This document shows, piece by piece, positions 53,834-64,000 of a DNA stretch of 64,000 bases. The position numbers were made by a program, and so were the translations under genes. How positions within the stretch are numbered: the first letter of the stretch is position 1; each line of letters begins with the position of its first letter. The notes beneath the pieces were generated by a model that was not told the DNA's origin, ran no database searches, and saw only the letters and a program-made list of their open reading frames with translations. Source of the stretch: Botryllus schlosseri (lineage: Eukaryota); NCBI GenBank assembly GCA_051294905.1, contig CM119372.1, positions 22,074,001-22,138,000 on the forward strand, given 5' to 3'.

Positions 53834-55426
53834 CAGTGCTCTTCAACCGGGGTTGTCGTACACCCTAGGGTGTACCAGAACTTTCAAAGGGTGTACCACT
53901 CGGATGGGGTGTACAGGGGTGTACCAGATCCACATTATGATTAACCGATCATACGATGACTATAGCTATCACAAAAATACGCCAGTTTATGCTTCAAAAC
54001 AGAATGACTGGATGTGTAATATCGTACAATGTGATGTCATAAGCAAATGTTTCTAATTATTCAACCTTTGGTAATGGGACTTATTACTTCCTTTTCGAGC
54101 AGAGCAGGGTGTAGTTAGCATGTGTTCAGCTTGCGATATCTGTCTGATGATTCTCGAGGAAACCACCGCTAAATCTCGGACATTTTGAATTTGTGCTTCC
54201 TGCGGCCAGCTTATGAATAGTGCAGAATACATAGCCTACTTACGCAGCCACGGGGTCGAGTTTGCGAACCACTGCGTTAGATGGTGGTCCAGTAAACTCG
54301 AGCCCTTCTTCGTATTATCATTTACTATACGTTGCAGTCTTGCTCAAATGTCCATCCTTATTTCGGCTACGTCAGGGGTGCTCAACCTGCGGACGTACGG
54401 CCTCATTCAGCATAACCATAATTTTGCGATCTTCTACACATATTTAAATTAGCGTGTGTTGGCGGCCGTCATTATGTAACCAATTGTTGGTGGTTCTAGT
54501 CTCGGCTCTGCCATGTTTCTATGTGTCGGAGGATTATGGTTCCTCGTCGCCGACCCCCTGTTAACGTAGCGTCTTGAAAAGCCCAGAAGAAGAGTTAACC
54601 GAGCTTCAAAGTCAGCAGCAAAGTCCTGAAAGTGGACGCACGTTAGCGAGAGAGAATGAAGAATGGGAGTGCGCGTGCAAGCAAAAGTCGTCCTCATTAC
54701 CCAAAGCAAAAATACTAAACTTTAGGAAATGCACTGTCGTGGCGCACAAATTCTAAACAGGCGATTATCACCACTGTCATTGATGTGTAATAAAATATTA
54801 TTATTTAACAATACAAACAATCCTGGTGGGAGGCCAAGAAATAACAACATGCAACTAAGTGATTAATAGGAACCGCAAGATGCATCATCATTAATATTGT
54901 ACCCAATATTTTCGAAAACACCCTCCATCAGCTCTACGGGTTAATCTGATCACGTGAGCTGAGAATTAATAAATTTTTGACAATAATATGTGAAACTACC
55001 AACATTTTCGATGAAATCCATTCAAGGGGCAAAATTTTCGCGCTCTGCGCGACTACACACATAATCCTAGTGTCTTTTCTTGACATTTATACTCGCGATT
55101 TTGGTACATAAATTATATGTTGTAAGCCTGCTGGGATGTTTTGCTTCTACAGTAAGAAAATTTGCGCATTGCATATCTCAAGAAATAAGTGAAGGCACAG
55201 AACACCACAAGGGCTCTCCGTGGTGTTAAGTTCCCAGTATCAAATTTCATATGAGCATTTGTCATCCATGCGCCATGGCGAATCCCCGTTGGAATCCGGA
55301 CGTATTGTATATATGTAATCAAAATGCGGCTTTCGGCGTTATCGGTGTATTATACGGTCCGGGGTGTACGAGTTTTGAGAAAATGTTAAAAGGGTGTACC
55401 ACGACGAAAAAGGTTGAAGAGCACTG
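53834..55426. mobile_element. Non-autonomous hAT element (same family as the target of the giant palindrome)
   Basis: TIR CAGTGCTCTTCAACC, GGGTGTAC repeats, flanks TATTAGAC / TATTAGTG-TATTAGAC. Confidence 0.85.
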
Positions 55427-55480
55427 TATTAGTGTATTAGACTACTTCACTACTAGTTTTCGACAACGTAAGCTGTAAAC

Positions 55481-56212
55481 CAGTGTTGGGATGACTCGAG
55501 TCATGACTTGACTCGAGTCAGACTCGAGTCACCTTTTTCGTATGACTTGACTTGACTCGAGTCACTTTGCTAAAATTACTTGACTCTGCGTATCAGAAAT
55601 GCGGGTTGACTCGTGACTCGGAGCAAAATTCAGGAGTCAATTTCAAGTCATCAAGTAATCGGGGTCGATAAAAAACACAGTAACTTGCATATGTTCCTAT
55701 TGTTCGCGAAACGCTGGTGTAACCCGTGAGTGCGACCAATCCTTTATTGATCGTGCGTCTTACTGAGCCTCCATTGTTCTCTCACAAATCAATTGACCGC
55801 AAACGAAGTGATCGAAGCTTACAGCTTACGTTGTCGTAAACTAGTATAGTAAAGTCATTAAATAGCAAAAGGTGTATTTCTGTTCTCTGTTCTTACCTTA
55901 ACCAAACCTCTTGTTTTATAGAAATTGTATATTCGATTATAGCTTATATAATCCTCAACCATTGTCGCAGGCTCGATTTTTATCATATCAATTTGTATGG
56001 GAAATGTATTGCATCTTATCATTTCGTTTCTCTTCTCTCTATTTTGGCTGGTATAACTATAAACTGAGTATATGCAATTACTTCAGTAGTTTAACGATAC
56101 ATCGCCTTCTTTCATGTATATATCAAACTCTACAGTCTACATTCATTCATCGCTTCTAAATCAATGAACACTCAATCTGTATTTCAGATAGCTAGCGTAA
56201 TTCAATGACGTA
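55481..56212 (+). mobile_element. Family-A hAT MITE, interrupted at TA 56211-56212
   Basis: Starts CAGTGTTGGGATGACTCGAG; colinear with the reverse complement of 58770-59463. Confidence 0.85.
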
Positions 56213-56669
56213 GGGTAGAGTGGGGCAACGCGCCTACCCTAAGCGGGAAACGTCATAATATAGGCCTACACCAAACTATAGTCGAAACGAATTGAATCTC
56301 GAAATTTGCGCGCGAAATATCGTCCCCACTCTACTACAATCGTCTGGAAAGTCCAAAGTATCAATTACCATATGTAAAATCATCATTTATCTATGTTCAT
56401 CAATTTGACGTTTTGCTACATGGGTGGGGTAAAACGTCTCCATTGGCGTTTCACCCCGTTATACCCTTCTAAATAACGCATGACACTCAGTAACCGATGA
56501 ATATTTAATCAATATACAGACCTATACAAGCTTCTTCGCCTCATCATGGCGTACCGGTTCTTTTGAAAACAAATTCCATCCAGAAATACCAACTGATTAT
56601 GACAAGTCAAAAACAAAGTCGGAATTTCTTGAAATGTACCTTGTTTAGTGAGAGGGATAGCCTATATTC

Positions 56670-57123
56670 TAGGCTTACCATATTTTGGAAATGAAAAAAG
56701 AGGACACTTTTTCAGAAATTGCAGACATGCAAAACTGGAGAAGAATTCTCAAAAACCGGTAAATTTTTCCCACTTCGTGATCGGTTGACTAAAAAAAAAA
56801 AAAAAAAAAGGTCATCACTTTCGCTCACAGCTCAAAATAAATAACGTTTTTCTCTCCACATTGCCAGATGGATGACTAAAAAAAAGGTCTTCTTTTAGCT
56901 CAGAGCTAAAATCACCGCTTTTCCCTCCGAAATACCCGCCGGAGCGTCACTTCTCGGCTAATTTGCGGCATATAGCTCGCAATTTGATCTAAATCTGACC
57001 TAAATTTTCAAAAAAGAGGACAAAATCTCAAAAAAGAGGACAAAAGGGCGTCCTCCGAGGACACTTTCAAAAAAGCCAAAAAAGAGGACAAATCCTCTTA
57101 AAAGAGGACGTATGGTAAGCCTA
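56670..57123. mobile_element. hAT MITE with GAGGACA repeats
   Basis: TIR TAGGCTTACCAT, perfect TSD CTATATTC. Confidence 0.92.
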
Positions 57124-57608
57124 CTATATTCGCCAGCCGAATAGCAATTTCAATAGAAATGGTGTTCTCCGAGAAGGCATCCCTGAGGAACCCATAAACG
57201 GCTACTCAATCCACTGGACTTTAAGGGGTGGGGCGTTTTACCAGGGTTGTAATGACTCGAGTCATGACTCGACTCGAGTCAGACTCGAGTCACGATTTTT
57301 TTGTGACTCGACTTGACTCGAGTCATTTTCTTAAAATGGGAAAATGACTCGACTCGACTCGAGTCAATATTTGGATTGACTCGACTTGTACTCGAGTCAT
57401 TACGCATGACTCGACTCAAGTCATTGACTCGGCTTATTTTATGTGACTTGAAGGTGAAGAAAGTTGCGAATCACAATGGTTAGATCATCGCATGTGACGA
57501 ATTCTGTCGACATCGCTATTTGTCACCACTGCTTTCGTTGCACTCGTCTGATATCAGATATACGCCGCCGTAAAAACAAAAGACAATGGTACATAGTAGC
57601 AAAGAGCA

Positions 57609-57990
57609 ATGCATTGTACAAAATCATCCAGTGATGAAGAGGTAATAGATCCTCCGCCATCAAAGTACTCAAGACATTACAATTATACAAGCAAACCATC
57701 GAAGGAAAGTCCAATTAGAGCCAAAGAAATGACTAAGATGGTCAAGTACTTGGAAGAGACTGATAAGCTCATGTGTAGATATGAAGGCGATGATTCTTTG
57801 CATTTTGGGCCAACTAGAATGGATGAGTATCTAATGCTCTTCAGTGTGGTTCAAAATTGCTTTTCAATTCCTGCATCTAATGCACCAGAGGAACGTGTAT
57901 CCAGTGGATGTGAATTATTCTAAGGCCATGCCGCCTCAACATATATGAGAATCTCCTTTCCACTTTAGTATTTTTCAAGTGTAACTCATC
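57609..57990 (+). pseudogene. hAT transposase C-terminal dimerization-domain relic
   Basis: FSIPASNAPEERVSS, then after a frameshift LRPCRLNIYENLLSTLVFFKCN. Confidence 0.85.
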
Positions 57991-58544
57991 GATTTGATCT
58001 GCTGTCTGTGAAAACACACAATACCCGCCGTCCGTTTGACGTTTTGTTAGGTATGTGCATTGTGCACGTGATAATAATGAATGGCTAATGTTGTGTGATA
58101 TTTGTACAATATTGCCGATCAAAAATGCCTTCTTTTTTATTGTACTGGGTGGCTACTTGATAAAATTGCTACGTTGCATAAAAAGAACACTGAATCTGGC
58201 CTAAATTGAAAAAGTGGAATCAATGAAATGAGAGGAGAAAATTTTGGATTTGAAAATACATGGAGTATTTTTAGTGAGAAATGATTTCATATAATATAAT
58301 TACATACTAGCAGTAAGTCGACTATTTTTTCATATCCAAAATATTCCACTCTAATAACTCCGCTTCTTCTAGTTCAGTGGTTCCCAACCTTTTTCATCTC
58401 GTGCCTCCCGTGGCCGAAATTTGAGCCAAAATTCCCCCCTTAGGAGAAATCTGCCCGATGATTGAAAAAGGTAATTTTTACCGCGCGAACACCTGTTAAC
58501 TGAGAGAATAAGACGGGTGGTACCGAGTGCTTGTTTCTAGCAGG

Positions 58545-59463
58545 CAGTGTTGGGATCAAGTCACTACCTTCGAGTCACGAGTCATTTCGAGTCATTTCAC
58601 ATTTTGACTCGAGTCAAGTCAAGTCAATCGATTTTCGAAGGTGACTCGAGTCAAGTCAAGTCATGCGAATTTTGGAGATGACTCGAGTCAAGTCGAGTCA
58701 AGTCAAGTCAAGTCACGAGTCAAGTCACAATTCAAGTCAAGTTGCCTTTCGGAAGTATGAGGCATGATTACGTCATTGCATTTTGATAGGTGTCTCAAAT
58801 ACAGATTGAGTGGTCATTGAGTTTGAGCCGATGAACGAATATAGAGTTAAATATACACGCAAGAAGACGCTGTATCGCTCACATATTTGTATAATTGCTA
58901 ACCTACGTGAGTAATTGCATATCCTCAGTTTATAGTTACCAGCCAAACTAGAGAATTTACAAATTAATATCATACAATTCGAGCCTGCGCCAATGGTTGA
59001 GGACTATAATAAACAATCTTCGAATCCAATTTCAATAACAATATGTTTGGTTAAGGTAAGAACAGAGTACAGAAATTTACATTTTGCTATTAAATTACTT
59101 TACTATACTAGTTTACGACAACGTAAGCTGTAAGCTCTGATCACTTCGTTGCGGTCAATTTATTTGTGAGAGAACAATGAAGGCTCACTAAAACGCACGA
59201 TCATGAAGTGATTGGTCGCTCTCACGGGTTACACCAGCGTTTCGCGAACAATCCGAACATATGCAAGATACAGTGATTTTTATCGACACCGATTACTTGA
59301 TGACTTGAAATTGACTCGTGAATTTTGCTCCGAGTCACGAGTCAATCGACATTTCTTATACGTCGAGTCAAGTCAAGTCAAGTCATTTTAGCAAAGTGAC
59401 TCGAGTCAAGTCAAGTCATACGAAAAATGTGACTCGAGTCCGACTCGAGTCATCCCAACACTG
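58545..59463 (-). mobile_element. Complete family-A hAT MITE
   Basis: TIR CAGTGTTGGGAT, perfect TSD CTAGCAGG; empty site visible at ~39606 in the other B copy. Confidence 0.95.
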
Positions 59464-59708
59464 CTAGCAGGGCTCTAACAACACTGTGTAGACCTGCAAA
59501 AACAATGGTCTTGGTCCCAATCAAACAAATTCTGGAAGGCTTGACTCAACAGACCCCCACACTTCCATTTTTGTTTTCGGCATACCATGCATCAATCGCT
59601 AATAGAACTGCTGTGATAAATCAGTATGCATAAATTTACTGGTCTCGCGATTTTTTTCTCAAGTTTGTTTATGCATTTGGCCAATAATATTGGTACTTTC
59701 ATATATAG

Positions 59709-60228
59709 CAGGGTTGACCAGACTCGAGTCGAGACAATCTGTGTATTGACTCGACTTGGACTGGAGTCATTGTGCATGACTCGAAGCTAGCCATATGACT
59801 GGAGACTATAAGACGGCCAAGGCCGACATTCCATTGTAATTTCGAAAAACAGTAAAGTGACCAGTGACCACCCTATTGGAATTTCGTCTATTGGTCCTGG
59901 TACTTGAAAATGCGACAAGTAACTGTTCAAAGTGAGGAAAATTAGTATATTATAAATCCAAATCATTTAATATCACCAAACAGAGTTATAAAAAAGTGGG
60001 TTTAACTAACAAGACTTCAACTGGAAACTGAACAGTCAACACAATGATTTGGACTCGGACTCGAGTCATAATACCATTACCATGACTCGGAATCGACCCT
60101 CTGCTCGGTGACTTGGACTCGGACTTGACTCAATGGTGAATTGAATATGACTCTACTTGACTCGAGTCAAAGCTATGAAAGTGAGATTGACTTGTCACTC
60201 GGGGCCTCGTGACTTGGTTACAGCACTG
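59709..60228 (+). mobile_element. Family-C hAT MITE nested in B
   Basis: CAGGGTTG...CAGCACTG, TSD ATATATAG/ATATATAA. Confidence 0.85.
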
Positions 60229-60993
60229 ATATATAAAATACATGTGATCAGATTTCCTGCTGGAGGTCATTTAGGACACCCATTACGTTTCGGCAACATT
60301 GCACCAAGTTTAACATGTATTTTTTCGATCGGGTAGCTGTTCGCTAAAAATAATGCAAGGCTAGCGATCACTTTGACTTGAATCGATGACGTCGGAATAT
60401 TTTGTCACTGTCTGAAAATGTTGACTTGAAAATATAAGATAAATACTTTCACTAGAGGTATTGTTGTGATAGATTCGGCACGGCATTTGCTCGCTGAGGA
60501 TATGTTTGATTGAGAGGCCGTCGCTGGCCTGCAAAATTGTCGTGCGAACTGCATCACATCTGAACTAGTTCTATAAAAAAAACAAGGGGGAATTCGATAT
60601 GTGAAAAAGAGATTTCAAATAGCATTTGAACATACTTTCAGCAAACAAAACCAGCCATATGGAGCATACGTTCGGATATAACTGGTTGACTACATGACAG
60701 TTCGGACATGAACAATTTGGGAAATCCGTTACAATTCTCAAGTGGAATTCCTCCCTAAAAATTGCAAAATTCCCCCCAAGGGGGGAATTCCTCCCCGGTT
60801 GGGAACCACTGTTCTAGTTGGAATTGAGCCAAATTTTTTATGAATCATATTTTTACACAATCTAACAATATCATGAGGTAGCCGGTATATTTCGAAAGTC
60901 TCTATTTGTAATTAATCCAAAATATTTTCTCTTAGCACTGCTTTCTACTGGTTGGAATTAAGCAAATTTAAGTTATTTTAGATAATCTAACTA

Positions 60994-63052
60994 CAGGGGT
61001 CACCAACCCGGTGCCCGCGGGCACCAGGTAGCCCGCGAGCCCATTCTAAAAATAGGTGGAATAGCAGTAGTAAACAATATTACTTAATTACTATTCGTAG
61101 TCAGATAGCCGTGAAGTACTAGCAGATTTTCAATATCTGTATACCCGTTACGTATTGCATCTTTTGGCACAGCTTGTTTCTGTTACACTCAACGCAGTTT
61201 AATATACCATGTTTCTAAGTTTCTAAGTTGCTGCTGTCCGGTATAATGAAATTTTGTCATTTCTGGATGCTGAACAGTTGGAGATTGAAATTGTAACGCT
61301 GCAAAATGACCCCCACCTCAGTCTGCAGCAAACGTTTGGTGCATTCTTAATCAGAGGTGGTCAGTAACGAAGTACTTCTACTTTTTCGAAGTACTCAAGT
61401 AGTTTTCCTCTACTTCTGGTACTTACTCAAGTAGATCTGATTTTCTCTACTTCTACTTCTACTTCGTAATATTTTGTGATCTACTTACTTACTTTTCTCT
61501 ATTTTCAGTTTGTCAAGTAGAAGTAGTTTAATCCCTTAATATGAAAGATAGCCTGAGGAATTTCGGGGCTGTTTTCATGGAGTACCAACATTTAATATTC
61601 ATAAAAGTCAAGTAAAGCCCAGAAATTTTGCTGCGCTTCGCGCACAGTAGTTATGGAGTAACAAATAGGTTTTCACGAAAGTATCAGTGAATATAATTTA
61701 GGTACCGGATTCCTTGGTTCCGCTCTCACCGCATTGTCGCCCATATCAAATATTTCATCACAGTAAATATGGTCCACCATAACGTTTGAAAATACCGTTT
61801 CGCAATCTAGCAATTACCTATCATATCGTAATGTAGCAGCCCATGATGTGTCCTGCTAATCTGGAAAATCCGGCTTTTTTAAACGTTACACCTGTTTTAG
61901 CAAATCACCTTTGAAGCTTTATAGACAAAAGACATGAAATATATTTTCTGCTTTCTAGAAGTGGTATTTGTATTTCACTTTCAATTCCGGGTATGATACT
62001 CGGAGTATGATACTTTGAGTTCTAATTGCTTACAATTCTTTTGTCTCCAGAACATAGGCCTACATGTTGAAGCATTAAAGCAAGTGTAGCAATGTCTCTA
62101 TTTTACGACAATAAAGCTACACTAAATATAAATTTTACGATCCACAATATTTGTTAATAACGTATACTAATCGCGCAAAGTGTTGAAACCGTATCCGATA
62201 CAACTTTCCCGTATTGCCCTTCGCCTAAACTTGGGGCCTTGTAATATGGGGTAGGGGGCCATGCCATGATATTCTCTAAAACGAGGTCTCCTAGTAAACA
62301 AATGGTTAGTATCGAATTTTCACATCAGTACTATAATTTGCATCCCATGATGCGAAAGAATGCTTATTCTGTTGAAAATTTATACTTCCTGGGATGCATT
62401 TATACGAATAAAGCTCTCTGCACCTTCCGCATAGCTCAATTTGCAGCATTTGACAGTCCATGCGAACTAATTAAGACTGTCTCAAAACTACTTACTTACT
62501 TGAGTAGATTTAAAGTCAGTCAATTCTACTTCTACTTCAAGTAGTTTTAGGTGGCTTATGGAAAAAGTACTTCTACTTGTACTTGAGTAGATTTTTCCGT
62601 CGCTACTTCTACTTCTACTTGAGTAGCTTTCTTGACTACTTTGACCACCTCTGTTCTTAATACGGAAAAGTACAGTGGTGTATGCGCAGCAGCTATGAAG
62701 GTTACAAGCGTCTATGGTTCAACTTATCGTTGTGAATCAGCCTTTTCGCTCATGAACTTCATCAAAAACAAAGACAAAACACGCTTAATTAATGCACATC
62801 TGAAACACTCACTCAGAATTGCAGTGTCAAGTTAAATACCAGAGTACAGCGCACTAGTTGATATCATACAATGCCAGGCTTCCCGCTGACCGCTATAGAA
62901 ACAGATAACATGATGTCTAGTCCTGCCCAGTGCTGTGAATATCAAAGCGGAAATTCAGTGTGGTACGGGTAAACGGCGGGAGTAAAAAGTAGCCCGCCGC
63001 TTCAATCATTACGCAAAAGTAGCCCTCGGATGCAAAAAGGTTGGTGACCCAT
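60994..63052 (+). mobile_element. Buster/GTF2IRD2-type hAT element with a transposase C-terminal relic
   Basis: CAGGGGTCACCAACC...GGTTGGTGACCC, TSD TCTAACTA/TCTAACAA; EQLEIEIVTLQND and YGSTYRCESAFSLMNFIKNKDKTRL..HL...LRIAVS. Confidence 0.88.
61352..62653 (-). mobile_element. Family-E hAT MITE inserted in the Buster relic
   Basis: TIR CAGAGGTGGTCA, perfect TSD TTCTTAAT. Confidence 0.95.
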
Positions 63053-64000
63053 TCTAACAATTTTAAGAAGTAGCCTCTTTTTTGAGATTCTGTCTTCATT
63101 TTTGAGAATTTTTTGGTAAATGTAGGGCAAATTAGAAGACAACAGTAAATCAGCACTAAAGTAACGCTCCGGCGACTATTTCGGCAGCTGAGCAGGAAAG
63201 TTGACCTTTTTTCTGGTCAACTACCTGATATAATACGAAAGATAAACTGTTCCTCTACATAAACGTTTATCTGTTGATTCTTTTACCAGCTTGTATCTAG
63301 CTAGACGTGAATTCGTAGGTCCTCTATCAGATAGTATGTAGACGTGAATTCGGTAATTCTCTATAAGCTATTTCTGAGCGGTCGTCGATGTCCTCGCAAT
63401 AAAAACTGAATGCTTTTATTTGTGATATATCATCATCATCATTGGTTTATTAGCAATTTTATCAGTTCAATACACCACAAAAAATGCGATACAATGAATA
63501 GACAGGAAGATGTCAAAGCGACTTGGATTTGTCTATGGAATCGGACACCCACCTTGGCCTAGGCGTAGTAAAGAGGAGGCATGCACACTGAATGAAAGTA
63601 AAGAATACAGTATAGAAAAAGAAAGACTGACAAGACTGATATTTGATTTAAAGTTCTAAGATTAGTAACGTTATCGTATTGGCGGCCTGTCTCGTCTATC
63701 TGTAGCATCGGTATATGAGGCCAGGAGCTGTCTGTTATCTGCCTAACTAAATAAACTTGTGCGATATCACCCAAGCAGGATTGAAAACATACGTTGAACA
63801 TGACTTCAATACTGTGACTTGGACTCGACTCGAGTTATAAGACTATGACTCGGACTTGACCCTTAAAACGGTGACTTGGACTCGGACTCGAGTCGGTGAT
63901 GAATTGAAAATGACTCGACTCGAGTGAAAACCACAAAAGTCAGATTGACTCGTGACTCGGAACCATGTGACTTGGTTACAACCCTGCGTTTTACTCCGCG

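Larger units (their letters stand above)
58375..60811. mobile_element. Family-B hAT element with nested A and C elements
   Basis: TIR CAGTGGTTCCCAACC, perfect TSD TTCTAGTT. Confidence 0.93.
57242..63986 (+). mobile_element. Family-C hAT element with a transposase relic, expanded to 6.7 kb by nested insertions
   Basis: TIR CAGGGTTGTAA/TTACAACCCTG, perfect TSD CGTTTTAC. Confidence 0.93.
56213..64000. mobile_element. TA-inserted pogo/Tc1-like element (GGGTAGAGTGGGGC end) hosting nested hATs; runs past the window
   Basis: Begins exactly after a TA in the family-A copy; GTGGGGC..CG motifs recur at 56320, 56422 and 57226 and resume after 63986. Confidence 0.55.

Overview
Eukaryotic animal genomic DNA (invertebrate, possibly a tunicate; the taxon is an inference) in three zones. 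(1) 1-10983 is dominated by a giant near-perfect palindrome: arms 1-4766 and 4796-9561, a 29-bp apex at 4767-4795, and five substitutions seen between the arms. Its right arm runs on through ~32-bp-spaced subterminal repeats to a sharp ...ACTAACTACT end inserted in a hAT MITE. The AGTAGT-type terminus and decayed packaging-ATPase-like and integrase-like relics suggest a fold-back, non-autonomous Polinton/Maverick derivative of ~12.4 kb whose left end lies ~1.4 kb before the window. (2) 14190-42719 on the minus strand is a ~29-exon gene for an R3H+SUZ RNA-binding protein of the ARPP21/R3HDM1/R3HDM2/Encore family (~1470 aa by my splice model). Its introns hold hAT and Tc1/pogo MITEs, fold-back repeats and six minimal Penelope-type hammerhead-ribozyme-like motifs. 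(3) 43.7-64 kb is almost entirely transposon-derived, including a CR1/L2-like LINE 3' fragment and a five-level nest of DNA transposons, most with readable TSDs. All calls were made by eye; no searches were run.
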